The notes: a model not told the origin generated them from the sequence alone. A stretch of DNA of 64,000 nucleotides from Flavicella sp. (GCA_049625305.1 JBMZVD010000001.1:5365-69364), one strand, 5' to 3'; shown: positions 10,263 through 21,016, counted from the stretch's first letter. Numbers and translations are program-made.

Positions 10263-12314
10263 CTACAGAATACGATTCAATTTTTCAAAAAGTTTCTTTT
10301 TAAGACCTGTGTAATTCATAACTGCTTCTAAAACACTGTCCCTCTCTCCTCCTTCAGACATTTCTTGCACCAAGTCTTGAATTTTGCGTTCGATAAGTAC
10401 CCTTCTCATGTTTAGAATGGCATCAGTAACAAGTTTGGGCAACACTTCTAATTTAGGAGTGACATTTATTTCTTGTCCCTCCCAATCGCTCAAAACATGT
10501 TTTTCATCATCCATCAAAATATCGGTTACTGCCTGAGAGATTTCAATATCACTGTTACTTGTCAATTGCTCAATAGAAATCTTCTCTTCCCTATTAAGTT
10601 TGTCAATAATTTCCAAATAGATCTTCTTAAATACTTTGTGTGTAAATTCTATTTCATCGTCTTGCAACTGCAAATACAACTCTTGAGAAACTAAGCTTGT
10701 ATACTCGTCTTTTATCATCACAACATTCCCTGTAGCATCTACCTCTTCAAGCCAATCTACAAAATCCACTTGTTGATTTCCATAGATCAACAAAATCATG
10801 ATGATTTGCTTTTCAAAGAGCTCCAGAGGATTTATTTCTGGCATTTTCAGTCCACCTCTCACTGGCGTTTCTATACCTGCTCTTTGTGCAACACGCATTT
10901 GAGAACCTCCTTTAGCAGGAGAATTACCAATTGCCGCTGGTCTTGAATCACTAGTATTACGCTCAGTTTGTCTTTGTTGGTTTTGTGATTTTTGGTAACT
11001 ATCTCTTTCAGATTTTGTACGAATCTGCGCCAATTCATTGAAAAGTACTTTTTCAGAAATTTCCATGACACGTGCACACTCTTGAACGTATACTTCTCTT
11101 TGTATATTGTCTGGAATTTTTGAAATACTCGTTACTATGTCACGTATTAGATTGGCCTTTTTGATAGGGTCATTCTGAGCATCTTCCATCAATAAAGACA
11201 CCTTAAAATTTATAAAATCTTTGGAATTGTCTTCCAAATAATTTTGCAACTCATCTTTTGATTTGGATTTTGAAAAAGTATCAGGATCTTCACCGTCCGG
11301 AAAAATCAAAACTTTGACATTCATCCCTTGTTCCAAAATCAAATCTATACCACGTATAGAGGCCCTAATACCGGCAGCATCTCCATCAAACAAAACAGTG
11401 ATATTAGGTGTCAAACGGCGAATCAGACGAATTTGATCTGGAGTCAATGCGGTTCCAGAAGAAGCTACAACATTTTCAACCCCCGCTTGGTGCATTGAAA
11501 TCACATCAGTATATCCTTCTACCAAGTAACACATATCTTCTTTAGCAATAGTTTGCTTAGCTTGGTAAATTCCGTACAAAACCTTACTCTTGTGATAGAT
11601 ATCACTTTCAGGTGAATTTAAATATTTTGCTGCCTTTTTATCGGCTTTTAATATTCTTCCTCCAAAGCCCAAAACACGTCCACTCATACTGTGAATTGGA
11701 AACAGAACACGCCCTTTAAAACGATCGAACTGTCTTTGACTGTCTTTTACTATTGTCAATCCTGTTTTCTCAAGATATTTGATATCAAAACCTTTACGTA
11801 TGGCTGTATCTGTAAAAGCTGACCACTCATCAAGGTTATATCCCAACTCAAATTTAGCTATGATTTTGTCAGTAAAGCCTCTTTCTTTAAAATAAGAAAG
11901 CCCTATCGCCTTCCCTTTTGGATTTTTCAGTAAAATATCTCTGTAGTAGTCTTTGGCGAAATTGGAAACCAAATACATACTTTCCCGTTCGTCTGTAGCC
12001 TCTTTCTGTGCATCCGTTTGCGCTTCTTCCTCAACTTCAATATTATACTTATTAGCAAGATATTTAATAGCTTCAGGATAGGAAAAATGTTCGTGCTCCA
12101 TCAAGAATGTCACTGCATTCCCTCCTTTACCTGTACTAAAATCCTTCCATATTTGTTTTACTGGAGATACCATAAAAGAAGGTGACTTTTCATCCGTAAA
12201 AGGACTCAAGCCTTTGAAATTACTTCCTGCTTTTTTTAAGGAAACAAATTCACCTATTACCTCTTCAACACGAGCGGTTTCAAAGACACGGTCTATGGTA
12301 CTTCTTAAAATCAT
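10263..12314 (-). CDS. dnaG: DNA primase
   Basis: N-terminal Zn-finger-fold region (SPFTDEKSPSF...WKDFSTG, cysteines absent), KYLNSPE, VEGYTDV, FDGDAAG, DPD. Confidence 0.96.
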   Translation of the reverse strand: MILRSTIDRVFETARVEEVIGEFVSLKKAGSNFKGLSPFTDEKSPSFMVSPVKQIWKDFSTGKGGNAVTFLMEHEHFSYPEAIKYLANKYNIEVEEEAQTDAQKEATDERESMYLVSNFAKDYYRDILLKNPKGKAIGLSYFKERGFTDKIIAKFELGYNLDEWSAFTDTAIRKGFDIKYLEKTGLTIVKDSQRQFDRFKGRVLFPIHSMSGRVLGFGGRILKADKKAAKYLNSPESDIYHKSKVLYGIYQAKQTIAKEDMCYLVEGYTDVISMHQAGVENVVASSGTALTPDQIRLIRRLTPNITVLFDGDAAGIRASIRGIDLILEQGMNVKVLIFPDGEDPDTFSKSKSKDELQNYLEDNSKDFINFKVSLLMEDAQNDPIKKANLIRDIVTSISKIPDNIQREVYVQECARVMEISEKVLFNELAQIRTKSERDSYQKSQNQQRQTERNTSDSRPAAIGNSPAKGGSQMRVAQRAGIETPVRGGLKMPEINPLELFEKQIIMILLIYGNQQVDFVDWLEEVDATGNVVMIKDEYTSLVSQELYLQLQDDEIEFTHKVFKKIYLEIIDKLNREEKISIEQLTSNSDIEISQAVTDILMDDEKHVLSDWEGQEINVTPKLEVLPKLVTDAILNMRRVLIERKIQDLVQEMSEGGERDSVLEAVMNYTGLKKKLFEKLNRIL

Positions 12315-12425
12315 TTAGCTACTACTGTTATGTTGTAAAGTAAAATATATAGAAGTAGTTGTCGCGTCAAACACAACAACTACTCAGAAATATTAACAAA
12401 CTATTAAAAACCTAAGGTTTCTTAT

Positions 12426-13664
12426 TTAAGAGGCAGCCTTTAGTTTTTTTAACTTTGTTTTTGATATTTTTTTTATCGCATAGGCTTTGGTCAAAGAAAA
12501 CTCTTTTTTATCTGCACTAGGTAGCTCAAACATAGCATCAGTCAAAATTGTCTCACACAAAGAACGCAATCCTCTTGCTCCCAACTTGTATTCCAATGCT
12601 TTAGCAACAATATAGTCCAAAGCATCATCTTTGACCTTAAATTTGATGCCGTCCATTTCAAACAGTTTGGTGTATTGCTTTATCAATGAGTTTTTAGGCT
12701 CTGTAAGAATCGAACGCAATGTTTTTCCGTCCAAAGGATTCATATAACTCAATACTGGTAACCTTCCAATAATCTCCGGAATCAGACCAAAAGTTTTCAA
12801 ATCACTTGGAATCACATATTGCAACAGATTCGCTTCATCGATATTATCATCAGACAAAGCAGCTGAATATCCTACTGCCTGACGGTTCAATCTATTACTA
12901 ATATTGCGTTCTATACCTGCAAAAGCACCACCTGCAATAAACAAAATATCTTTGGTATTGACTTCTACAAACTTTTGATCTGGGTGTTTTCTTCCTCCTT
13001 TAGGAGCTACATTTACAACAGTACCTTCTAAAAGTTTTAGCAAAGCTTGTTGCACTCCTTCACCAGACACATCTCTGGTAATAGATGGGTTGTCTCCTTT
13101 ACGAGCAATTTTATCGATTTCATCAATAAAAACAATACCTCGTTCTGCTTTTTCTACATCATAGTCAGCAGCTTGTAATAGACGGCTTAGAATGCTTTCT
13201 ACATCCTCTCCTACGTATCCAGCTTGCGTCAAAACTGTAGCATCAACGATTGCAAAAGGTACATTGAGCATCTTGGCAATTGATTTTGCAATTAGAGTCT
13301 TACCTGTACCTGTTTCACCGACTAGAATCATATTACTCTTTTCGATTTCAACTTCATCTTGAATATCTTTGGGCTGCATCAATCTTTTGTAGTGATTGTA
13401 TACTGCAACAGCCATGGTTTTCTTGGTCTGGTCTTGACCTATGATGTACTGTTCGAGAAATTTCTTGATTTCTACAGGTTTTTTCACCTCAAAAGTGGGC
13501 ATAACCGTTGACGTGTCATCAGTTGCATTTTCTTCTAAAACAATTCCATATGCTTGTTCGATACATTTATCACAAATATGGGCCCCCATTCCAGCTATTA
13601 GCAAATTGGTCTCCGCCTTTGTTCGCCCACAAAACGAACATTCTAAACTCTCTTCTTTCGACAT
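12426..13664 (-). CDS. clpX: ATP-dependent Clp protease ATP-binding subunit ClpX
   Basis: CSFCG...CDKC zinc finger, [31 protein letters not shown]. Confidence 0.98.
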   Translation of the reverse strand: MSKEESLECSFCGRTKAETNLLIAGMGAHICDKCIEQAYGIVLEENATDDTSTVMPTFEVKKPVEIKKFLEQYIIGQDQTKKTMAVAVYNHYKRLMQPKDIQDEVEIEKSNMILVGETGTGKTLIAKSIAKMLNVPFAIVDATVLTQAGYVGEDVESILSRLLQAADYDVEKAERGIVFIDEIDKIARKGDNPSITRDVSGEGVQQALLKLLEGTVVNVAPKGGRKHPDQKFVEVNTKDILFIAGGAFAGIERNISNRLNRQAVGYSAALSDDNIDEANLLQYVIPSDLKTFGLIPEIIGRLPVLSYMNPLDGKTLRSILTEPKNSLIKQYTKLFEMDGIKFKVKDDALDYIVAKALEYKLGARGLRSLCETILTDAMFELPSADKKEFSLTKAYAIKKISKTKLKKLKAAS

Positions 13665-13736
13665 AAATTATTTATAATTATAACCTTACCCTTCTATAAC
13701 ACAAAAACGACAATTTATTGCTCGTTTGGTATTTTA

Positions 13737-14399
13737 TTATTTATTCCTAGTTAAAATTTCGTCCACCATCCCATAGGCTTTTGCTTCCTCTGCTTTCATC
13801 CAATAATCTCTATCAGAATCATTGTGTACTTTTTCGATTGACTGCCCTGAATGCTTTGAAATAATCTGGTACAACTCATCTTTTAACTTTAAAATTTCAC
13901 GTGCTGTAATTTCAATATCACTAGCTTGACCTTGCGCACCACCCAAAGGCTGATGTATCATAACACGAGAATGAGGTAAAGCTGAACGTTTTCCTTTTTC
14001 TCCTGCACACATTAAAACTGCTCCCATAGAAGCTGCCATTCCTGTACATATGGTTGCAACATCGGGCTTTATAAACTGCATTGTGTCGTAAATACCCAAT
14101 CCTGCATAAACTCCCCCTCCTGGAGAATTAATGTATATAGAAATATCTTTATTGGCATCTACACTTTCTAAGAAAAGTAATTGAGCTTGAATAATGTTGG
14201 CAACCTGGTCGTTAATACCTGTTCCCAAAAATATAATACGATCCATCATCAAACGTGAAAAAACATCCATTTGTGTGATGTTCATTTGACGCTCCTCCAT
14301 AATGTAGGGAGTTACAGAACTTCTCAATTTATCATAATGCATACTATTGATTCCGTGGTGCTTTGTTGCGTACTTTTCAAATTCTTTTCCGTAATCCAT
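13737..14399 (-). CDS. clpP: ATP-dependent Clp protease proteolytic subunit ClpP
   Basis: DVFSRL, YINSPGG, AASMGA, MIHQP, DRD. Confidence 0.98.
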   Translation of the reverse strand: MDYGKEFEKYATKHHGINSMHYDKLRSSVTPYIMEERQMNITQMDVFSRLMMDRIIFLGTGINDQVANIIQAQLLFLESVDANKDISIYINSPGGGVYAGLGIYDTMQFIKPDVATICTGMAASMGAVLMCAGEKGKRSALPHSRVMIHQPLGGAQGQASDIEITAREILKLKDELYQIISKHSGQSIEKVHNDSDRDYWMKAEEAKAYGMVDEILTRNK

Positions 14400-14670
14400 T
14401 TGGTTTGTTTTTAAGGGTGTAAAGATAAGGAGATATTACTAGATTCTTACTGATAACAGCTCTCATTTTATAGTTTGTATAAACTTAAAAAAGCACTAAA
14501 ACATTACAGTACAATGTGCTTTTTTTTATATAACTGATAGCAAAATAAGAATTTTTAAGCTGAATTCACAAGAAAACAAGAACTTCTAATTTTTTTCTTC
14601 AGTTTTGACACTTACAATTAAAAAAAAACATAATTTTACACATATCAAAAAAAACAAAACCCCAACAATT

Positions 14671-15285
14671 ATGAGAGATCTAAGATATATTCCACTTTTT
14701 ACACTTGCATGTTTTCTTATGTACAATTTTGGTTTTGGACAACAACCAAAAGCAACTGAGGAAAACCCTTTTGAAAAAGATGGAACTATTAAAAGTCTTT
14801 TTTCTTACACTTTTGATAAATCGAGTAACTACAAAGCATACAAAGTAATCGATAAAAAACAATTTCTAGTATTGCAACAAAACGTGCTTGACAGTCTAGA
14901 TTTTTTGAAAAATGAAATATCGAAACAAAAGAGTACTACAAATAAATTAGATACTGAACTAGCTTCTCTAAACGAAGAAATTAAAGAAACTACTCAGAAA
15001 TTACAAAAAGTAGTAAATTCGAAAAACTCAATAAACATACTCGATTTTGAAATAGAAAAGAAAACGTACAACACTATTGTAATTGCCTTTCTATTGCTTC
15101 TTATTCTACTTGTCATTTTTTACATCTATAAATTCTACAAAAGCAACATCCTTACTAAAGAAGCAAAAGAACTTGCAGATGAATTACAATTGGAACTTGA
15201 AAATGCACAAAAATCGGCACTCAATAGATATCAAATTCTCAACAGAAAATATCAAGACGAGATCATGAAAAACAGAAAAGAATAG
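14671..15285 (+). CDS. Hypothetical exported coiled-coil protein with a C-terminal membrane anchor
   Basis: Probable start ATG 14671 (MRDLRYIP...GFG/QQ signal peptide), then a heptad-rich region, a TM helix IVIAFLLLLILLVIFYIY and a charged tail. Confidence 0.7.
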   Translation: MRDLRYIPLFTLACFLMYNFGFGQQPKATEENPFEKDGTIKSLFSYTFDKSSNYKAYKVIDKKQFLVLQQNVLDSLDFLKNEISKQKSTTNKLDTELASLNEEIKETTQKLQKVVNSKNSINILDFEIEKKTYNTIVIAFLLLLILLVIFYIYKFYKSNILTKEAKELADELQLELENAQKSALNRYQILNRKYQDEIMKNRKE

Positions 15286-15403
15286 ATCACAGACTAATTA
15301 CTTCTCTATTCTTTCAATTGTAACTCAAAACATGAAATTCATGGATATTTGTTAGTTTTTTTATTTTAAACGGGGTTTTTTACGAAATCTTAAATCTTAA
15401 AGC

Positions 15404-15411
15404 TACCTTTG
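15404..15411 (+). promoter_or_regulatory. -7 promoter element of the DEAD-box helicase gene
   Basis: TACCTTTG ending 24 nt upstream of ATG 15435. Confidence 0.6.
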
Positions 15412-15434
15412 TAGCACACTTTAACACGATATAC

Positions 15435-16769
15435 ATGAGGTTTTCCGATTTAAATCTAAACACCCCCCTACTGAATGCTCTAGACAATCTAGGATACGAT
15501 TATGCAACACCCATCCAAGCTGCAGCATTTTCAGTAATATCCTCTGGTAAAGATGTAGTAGGAATAGCACAAACCGGAACAGGTAAAACCTTTGCGTATT
15601 TACTCCCACTTTTAAAACAATTAAAATATTCAGAACAAAAGCACCCACGTGTTTTGATTATAGTACCTACAAGAGAACTCGTGCTACAAGTTGTTGAAGC
15701 TTTAGAAGAACTCACTAAATACATCAACACTCGCATAGGTGGAGTGTACGGAGGAGCTAATATCAACACTCAAAAACAGTTGATTTTTGAAGGCCTAGAC
15801 ATTTTGGTTTCGACACCAGGTAGACTAATTGATCTCGGTGCAACGAAAGTCCTCAACCTTAAAAAAATACAAAAATTGGTTTTAGACGAAGTTGACGAGG
15901 TTTTGAATCTAGGATTCAGACACCAGCTTGAAATTGTTTTGGACATGCTACCATTTAAGAAACAAAGTGTATTATTTTCAGCCACTATGACGGAGGATGT
16001 AAAAAGTATTATCGAAACATTCTTTAAATCTCCTGAGTATGTAGAAATTGAAAGAGTTGGAACACCTTTAGAAAAAATAAATCAACAATTGTTCAATGTC
16101 AAAAACTTTTACACCAAAGTCAACCTAATCCAACACTTACTCAGCGACAAAGAAAATTATACCAAAGTATTACTTTTCACAAAAAACAAAAGAGTTGCTG
16201 ATAAGTTATTCAGTGAATTTGAAAATATTGGAGACGCTGAGGGAATCTCAGTGATACATTCCAACAAATCTCAAAACTTTAGAATTCAAGCTATCAAAGG
16301 TTTTCAAGAAGGAATTCACAGAATATTAATTGCAACGGACGTATTGGCAAGGGGAATTGATATTGAAGGTATCTCTCACGTCATCAATTTTGACATCCCA
16401 AAAGATGCAGAAAGTTATATACATAGAATTGGAAGAACAGGACGTGCCAAAAATGAAGGAAACGCTATTACATTCGTTACTCCAGAAGATGAAGAAGTAT
16501 TGAATGAAATTGAAGCCTTGATGGACATGAAAGTCCCGACGAATGAGTTGCCTGATGAAGTTCCCGTTTCTAACAAAATGACTGAGGATGAAATACCAAA
16601 AGAAATCATCAAACCTTATCAAAAAAAGCGATCAAAAGAATTTGCTCCTGGTCCAGCATTTCACGAGAAAAAAGAGAAGAACAAAAAAACAAACCAAGGA
16701 GGATCGTACAGACGTGAATTGGCTAAAAAATACAAAAAACCAAAAACAAGAGGTCAAAAAAGAAAGTAA
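15435..16769 (+). CDS. DEAD-box RNA helicase (DEVD variant)
   Basis: Q motif TPIQ, AQTGTGKT, PTREL, TPGRL, DEVD, SAT, ARGID, HRIGRTGR; basic C-terminal tail. Confidence 0.95.
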   Translation: MRFSDLNLNTPLLNALDNLGYDYATPIQAAAFSVISSGKDVVGIAQTGTGKTFAYLLPLLKQLKYSEQKHPRVLIIVPTRELVLQVVEALEELTKYINTRIGGVYGGANINTQKQLIFEGLDILVSTPGRLIDLGATKVLNLKKIQKLVLDEVDEVLNLGFRHQLEIVLDMLPFKKQSVLFSATMTEDVKSIIETFFKSPEYVEIERVGTPLEKINQQLFNVKNFYTKVNLIQHLLSDKENYTKVLLFTKNKRVADKLFSEFENIGDAEGISVIHSNKSQNFRIQAIKGFQEGIHRILIATDVLARGIDIEGISHVINFDIPKDAESYIHRIGRTGRAKNEGNAITFVTPEDEEVLNEIEALMDMKVPTNELPDEVPVSNKMTEDEIPKEIIKPYQKKRSKEFAPGPAFHEKKEKNKKTNQGGSYRRELAKKYKKPKTRGQKRK

Positions 16770-16811
16770 CTCATATTCAAAAGCACACTTTATTAAACTT
16801 CTTCTTAAAAC

Positions 16812-16846
16812 AAAAAAATCCTTAATTTTCATTAAGGATTTTTTTT
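16812..16846. terminator. Bidirectional intrinsic terminator between the helicase gene and tig
   Basis: aaaaaaatccttaat...attaaggattttttt inverted repeat with A/T tracts on both sides. Confidence 0.85.
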
Positions 16847-16862
16847 ATCTGTAAGTAATTTC

Positions 16863-18185
16863 TTACTTATAAACTTCTTTTACAAAAGCCTCGTAAGTCA
16901 CTTCTTTTTCTTTAAAAGTGATAGTCTCCTTAAAGAAATCTAACATCTTCTTGCTAGTCAATTGTTGTTGCAAACGCTTTGCTTCGTCTTGGTTACTCAA
17001 AACTCTGTTAGCAATATCTTCCAATTCTTTCTCTTCAGGATTCATATTTCCATACTGAGCCATTTGTGCTTTGATAAAATCAATAGCATAGGCTTTTAAT
17101 TCTGCGTAATCCAAAGAAATGTCATTAGCAGTCATGATCTTACTTTCGATCAATTGGTAACGCAATCCTTTCTCAGACTTTTCAAATTCTTCTGCAGCTT
17201 GCTCTTCAGAAATTGGATTTTCTCCAGCAGTAGCCAACCATTTCTTTAGGAAGGTTTCAGGCAAGTCAAATTTGGTGTTTTCAATCAAGTATTCAGTTAC
17301 ACTATTCAACAACTGTTGATCCGCTTGATTCTTAAATTGTCCCTCTGCGTCCTCTTTAATTTTTTCTCTCACTTCTTCAATAGAAGTTACATTTCCTTCC
17401 CCAAACAACTTGTCAAATAACTCTTGATTTAACTCAGCCAATTCGATTTGTGTAATTTCTTCAACAGTGAATGTCAATGGAATTTCAAGACCTTCAATTT
17501 CTTCTTTAGCCAATCCTAAAGCCCCCATTAATTTGTCATTGTCTACAAACAAGGACTTCGTTTTCAAAGAAAGAACATCTCCTACTTTAGATCCCAAAAA
17601 TTTCTTAGCGTTTAACTTTCCTTTGATATCTTCTAAAGCAAAGGTTGCTTTGTTTTCAATTCCTTTCTCTTCGTTTACAAAAGTACCAGTGATGTTGTTT
17701 CCTTCAGCAACTTCTTCTTGAGCTTGCATTTTTCCATAACGGCTCTGTAAGTTTTCAACTTCCTTATCAATCAAACTATCTTCAGCAACAATCGTGTAGT
17801 TAGTTATTTTTTTCTTCGCAGATAAATCTACATCAAACTGAGGAGCCAAACCTAATTCAAACTCAAAAGAAAAATCTTCTGCATCCCATGAAAATGACTC
17901 ATCAATCTTTGGTAATGGATTCCCCAAAATCTCAAGCTTCTCATCATTTAAGTAAGTATTCAAAGACTCTTGCAACATTTTGTTAATTTCATCAATCATG
18001 ATTGACTTTCCGTACTGCTTTTTGATCATTCCCATTGGCACGTGTCCTTTTCTAAATCCTGGAATGTCTGCTTTTTTACGGTAATCTTGTAAAATTGAAG
18101 TAACCTTATCTGTGTAATCTGCAGCCACAACATCTACCTTAACAACAGCGTTTAACTCGTCTATACTTTGTCTTGTAATATTCAT
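16863..18185 (-). CDS. tig: Trigger factor
   Basis: IPGFRKGHVP ribosome-binding signature; 440 aa. Confidence 0.95.
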   Translation of the reverse strand: MNITRQSIDELNAVVKVDVVAADYTDKVTSILQDYRKKADIPGFRKGHVPMGMIKKQYGKSIMIDEINKMLQESLNTYLNDEKLEILGNPLPKIDESFSWDAEDFSFEFELGLAPQFDVDLSAKKKITNYTIVAEDSLIDKEVENLQSRYGKMQAQEEVAEGNNITGTFVNEEKGIENKATFALEDIKGKLNAKKFLGSKVGDVLSLKTKSLFVDNDKLMGALGLAKEEIEGLEIPLTFTVEEITQIELAELNQELFDKLFGEGNVTSIEEVREKIKEDAEGQFKNQADQQLLNSVTEYLIENTKFDLPETFLKKWLATAGENPISEEQAAEEFEKSEKGLRYQLIESKIMTANDISLDYAELKAYAIDFIKAQMAQYGNMNPEEKELEDIANRVLSNQDEAKRLQQQLTSKKMLDFFKETITFKEKEVTYEAFVKEVYK

Positions 18186-18223
18186 CTTGATATTTTGGTA
18201 TTTAATTTCCTTAAAATTGGCTG

Positions 18224-18254
18224 CAAAAATAATAATTTTTTATGAATTGAGCAA
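18224..18254 (-). promoter_or_regulatory. tig promoter
   Basis: -7 TATTTTTG (plus-strand caaaaata, 18224-18231) and TTG (plus-strand caa, 18252-18254); 20-nt spacer. Confidence 0.65.
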
Positions 18255-18284
18255 TCTTTAATTAGTTCTCCCTCAAACACTTTC

Positions 18285-18626
18285 TCAATCATCTATAAAA
18301 ACAGAAAATAGAAATGATCGAACAGCCCATAAAAGCAAACTAAAGAAAAAAGCTGCCAAAAAGCCACTCACATAAAAACCATCTACTAAGCTACTCGCTA
18401 ATAAAATAATGCAGGCGTTAATACACAACACAAAAAAGCCCATACTTACCAAAGTTACTGGCAAAGTAAACAACAGTAAAACAGGTCTTATAAATGTATT
18501 CAAAAAAGCCAATGCGATTGCTACCCATATAGCATTTCCGTAGCTTGTAACACTCACACCTGGCAATAAACTTGAAATTAACACGACTGCAAGTCCCGTC
18601 AACAATAATTTCAAAAATGTTCTCAT
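18285..18626 (-). CDS. 4-TM 'phage holin family' (DUF360/YvlD-like) membrane protein; chromosomal housekeeping context
   Basis: Start moved to ATG 18626 (MRTFLKLL); LNTFIRPVLLLFTLPVTLVSMGFF..INA motif. Confidence 0.85.
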   Translation of the reverse strand: MRTFLKLLLTGLAVVLISSLLPGVSVTSYGNAIWVAIALAFLNTFIRPVLLLFTLPVTLVSMGFFVLCINACIILLASSLVDGFYVSGFLAAFFFSLLLWAVRSFLFSVFIDD

Positions 18627-18715
18627 ATTTTTATGTTTTATAATGAAAACACCAAAACAATGCCATTCATCCATACAAAAGGTTTGTTGTCAAAAAGTCA
18701 CTTAAACTGTATTGA

Positions 18716-19513
18716 CTATGAAGTAATGTCAGCAACACCTAAATTTTTAGACAAAAAAGACAGCAAAGATTCCATAAAATCTTTTGGATTTTCAGCATGT
18801 AACCAATGTCCAGCATTGGCTATCGTCTCAATGGAAGCCTTTGAAAAATGTGCTTCAATCAAGGCCTCATCCTCTTTCCCAATATAATCTGACTTTGCCC
18901 CTCTCAAAAAAAGTGTTGGGCCATCAAATGCGGTAAAAGCTGGTAATGCGGCACCAACTTCACTGTTGTTATCAGTTAGACTATCCAAGTTAAACCGAAA
19001 AGCGAGCGTGTCTTTAGTTTTTCTATAAATATTTTTTAGTAAAAACTGTCTTACTCCTTCTTCGTTGATGTAATTTTGAAGTATTACATCTACTTCAGAA
19101 CGCAGTGTTATTTTTGAAAAATCAACCGCATTTAAAGCTTCTAAGATTGAATCGTGATGTGGGGCATAATACTTAGGAGCTATATCTGCTACAATCAATT
19201 TTTTCACATACTCAGGATAAGATACCGCAAACAACATAGCTGTTTTACCTCCCATAGAATGCCCTAAAATAAAAACTTCTTCTAAACAGTGAAAAAGAAG
19301 ATACGACTTAAGGTCAGCCACCATCAATTCGTAGTCAAAATCCTCAGCATGAAAGCTTCTTCCGTGATTGCGTTGGTCAATGAGATGTACTTCATATTTT
19401 TTGGCCAATATATTGGCGTGCGACTTCCAATTGTCCCCCATACCAAAATATCCATGTAATATTAACAAAGGATATCCTTCTCCCTGTATTTTTGAATGTA
19501 GAATTTTCTCCAT
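18716..19513 (-). CDS. Alpha/beta hydrolase, YbfF-like esterase
   Basis: LHGYFG, DQRNHG, GHSMGG, GHWLHAE. Confidence 0.9.
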   Translation of the reverse strand: MEKILHSKIQGEGYPLLILHGYFGMGDNWKSHANILAKKYEVHLIDQRNHGRSFHAEDFDYELMVADLKSYLLFHCLEEVFILGHSMGGKTAMLFAVSYPEYVKKLIVADIAPKYYAPHHDSILEALNAVDFSKITLRSEVDVILQNYINEEGVRQFLLKNIYRKTKDTLAFRFNLDSLTDNNSEVGAALPAFTAFDGPTLFLRGAKSDYIGKEDEALIEAHFSKASIETIANAGHWLHAENPKDFMESLLSFLSKNLGVADITS

Positions 19514-19535
19514 AAGAAGTGATATTTTGGTGTAG

Positions 19536-20252
19536 CTATGATTTCAATTTATTCAAATACATATTTACAACATTTTCTAAACCTAGGTACAATGATTCTG
19601 ATATCAATGCATGCCCAATTGAAACCTCTGCCAAATGAGGTATATTTTGTGAGAAGAAAGCAATGTTCTCTAGACTTAAATCGTGTCCCGCATTTACCCC
19701 CATTCCTAAATCATGCGCCAATTGTGCTGCTTCTGTATAAGGCTTGACTGCATCAAAATCTCCTTTAGCGTAAGCACTGGCATATGCTTCTGTATACAAT
19801 TCAATACGGTCAGTCCCAGTAGCAGCTGCTGCTGCAATCATTTTAGGATCCGCATCTATGAAAATTGATGTCCTAATTCCTTTGCTCTTAAATTCAGCAA
19901 TTACATTCTTGAGAAAATCCTGATGTGTAATGGTATCCCACCCAGCATCGGAAGTTATATTGTCAATAGCATCAGGCACCAAAGTTACCTGTGTTGGTTG
20001 AAGCTCCAAAACCATCGATTTGAATTTAGGAATCGGATTTCCTTCAATATTGTATTCAGTTTTCACCACAGAGGAAAGATCGTATGCATCTTTGTATTTG
20101 ATATGTCTTTCATCAGGTCTAGGATGGATGGTTATTCCTTGTGCTCCAAAAGATTCAATATCTTGAGCCACTTTGAGCAAGTTGGGAGTATCTCCTCCTC
20201 TGGAGTTACGCAACGTAGCTATTTTGTTTATATTCACACTTAACTTTGTCAT
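19536..20252 (-). CDS. pdxJ: Pyridoxine 5'-phosphate synthase
   Basis: SVNINKIATLRNSR, HPRPDERH, TLVPD, IELYT, NAGHDL, EVSIGH. Confidence 0.96.
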   Translation of the reverse strand: MTKLSVNINKIATLRNSRGGDTPNLLKVAQDIESFGAQGITIHPRPDERHIKYKDAYDLSSVVKTEYNIEGNPIPKFKSMVLELQPTQVTLVPDAIDNITSDAGWDTITHQDFLKNVIAEFKSKGIRTSIFIDADPKMIAAAAATGTDRIELYTEAYASAYAKGDFDAVKPYTEAAQLAHDLGMGVNAGHDLSLENIAFFSQNIPHLAEVSIGHALISESLYLGLENVVNMYLNKLKS

Positions 20253-20300
20253 ACTATTTTACTTTGATTTCGTTCACCGAAGGTTCCTTGATTTTAAAAG

Positions 20301-20308
20301 CAAAAGTA
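20301..20308 (-). promoter_or_regulatory. pdxJ -7 promoter element
   Basis: Plus-strand caaaagta reads TACTTTTG on the minus strand. Confidence 0.55.
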
Positions 20309-20356
20309 CATCATTTTATATGAAATTTTAGTACTTTGCATGAATTACACTTGGCT

Positions 20357-21016
20357 ATGCAACTAAAGGAATATATTTTAAACAATCTTGAATATCTGAA
20401 ACTTTCAACAAGTATTGAAAGCGCTATAGAAAGCACACAAAAACAGCGCTTTAGCCACATTCCAATTGTTGAAAACCATAAGCTCATCGGTGTCATTGCG
20501 GAAAGTGATCTCTCAACAATTGAGGAACAAAACAACCCTGTGCAAAATTACGCCTATTTATTTTCATACTTCTTCGCAAAAGAAGAAGACAATTTGACAG
20601 AATTAATCACCTTTTTTTCAATCCACGAAACAAATATTCTTCCAGTAATAGATAAAGAAAAGAACTTTATTGGCTATTACGACTTGAGTGATATTTTAGC
20701 AATATACGCTGAAACCCCCTTCATTAGAGAAGAAGGCATTGCTCTTTTAATTGAAAAAGAAAACGAGTCATATACCATGAGTGAAATAGCTCAAATAACA
20801 GAGAGTAATGGAGGGAAATTACTAGGAGCTTTTGTCTCTAAAATCACGGAAAAAAGGACACAAATTCTAGTAAAAATTAAAGCTGAAAACAGCAACGAAA
20901 TCATACAATCGTTTCGAAGGTATGAATACAATGTACTCTCAAAGCACAAAGAAGACAGGTACCTAGAAGATTTAAAAAAGCGATCTGAATACCTTCAGAA
21001 ATATTTGAACATGTAG
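20357..21016 (+). CDS. CBS-domain protein with an ACT-like C-terminus (AcuB-like)
   Basis: Two CBS repeats (SHIPIVENHKLIGVI; NILPVIDKEKNFIG); probable start ATG 20357. Confidence 0.85.
   Translation: MQLKEYILNNLEYLKLSTSIESAIESTQKQRFSHIPIVENHKLIGVIAESDLSTIEEQNNPVQNYAYLFSYFFAKEEDNLTELITFFSIHETNILPVIDKEKNFIGYYDLSDILAIYAETPFIREEGIALLIEKENESYTMSEIAQITESNGGKLLGAFVSKITEKRTQILVKIKAENSNEIIQSFRRYEYNVLSKHKEDRYLEDLKKRSEYLQKYLNM

Noticed and set aside
12354-12384. agtagttgt/acaactact hairpin between clpX and dnaG as a terminator
   Set aside because: Large loop and no adjacent U-tract on the minus strand; at most a processing or stability element.
14671-15285. Possible methyltransferase label that, from memory, is sometimes attached to similar flavobacterial proteins
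   Set aside because: The sequence shows signal peptide, coiled coil and TM helix, with no SPOUT or Rossmann motifs.
18285-18626. 'Phage holin family' gene as a sign of a prophage
   Set aside because: No integrase, endolysin or structural genes nearby; it sits in the housekeeping pdxJ-esterase-tig run.
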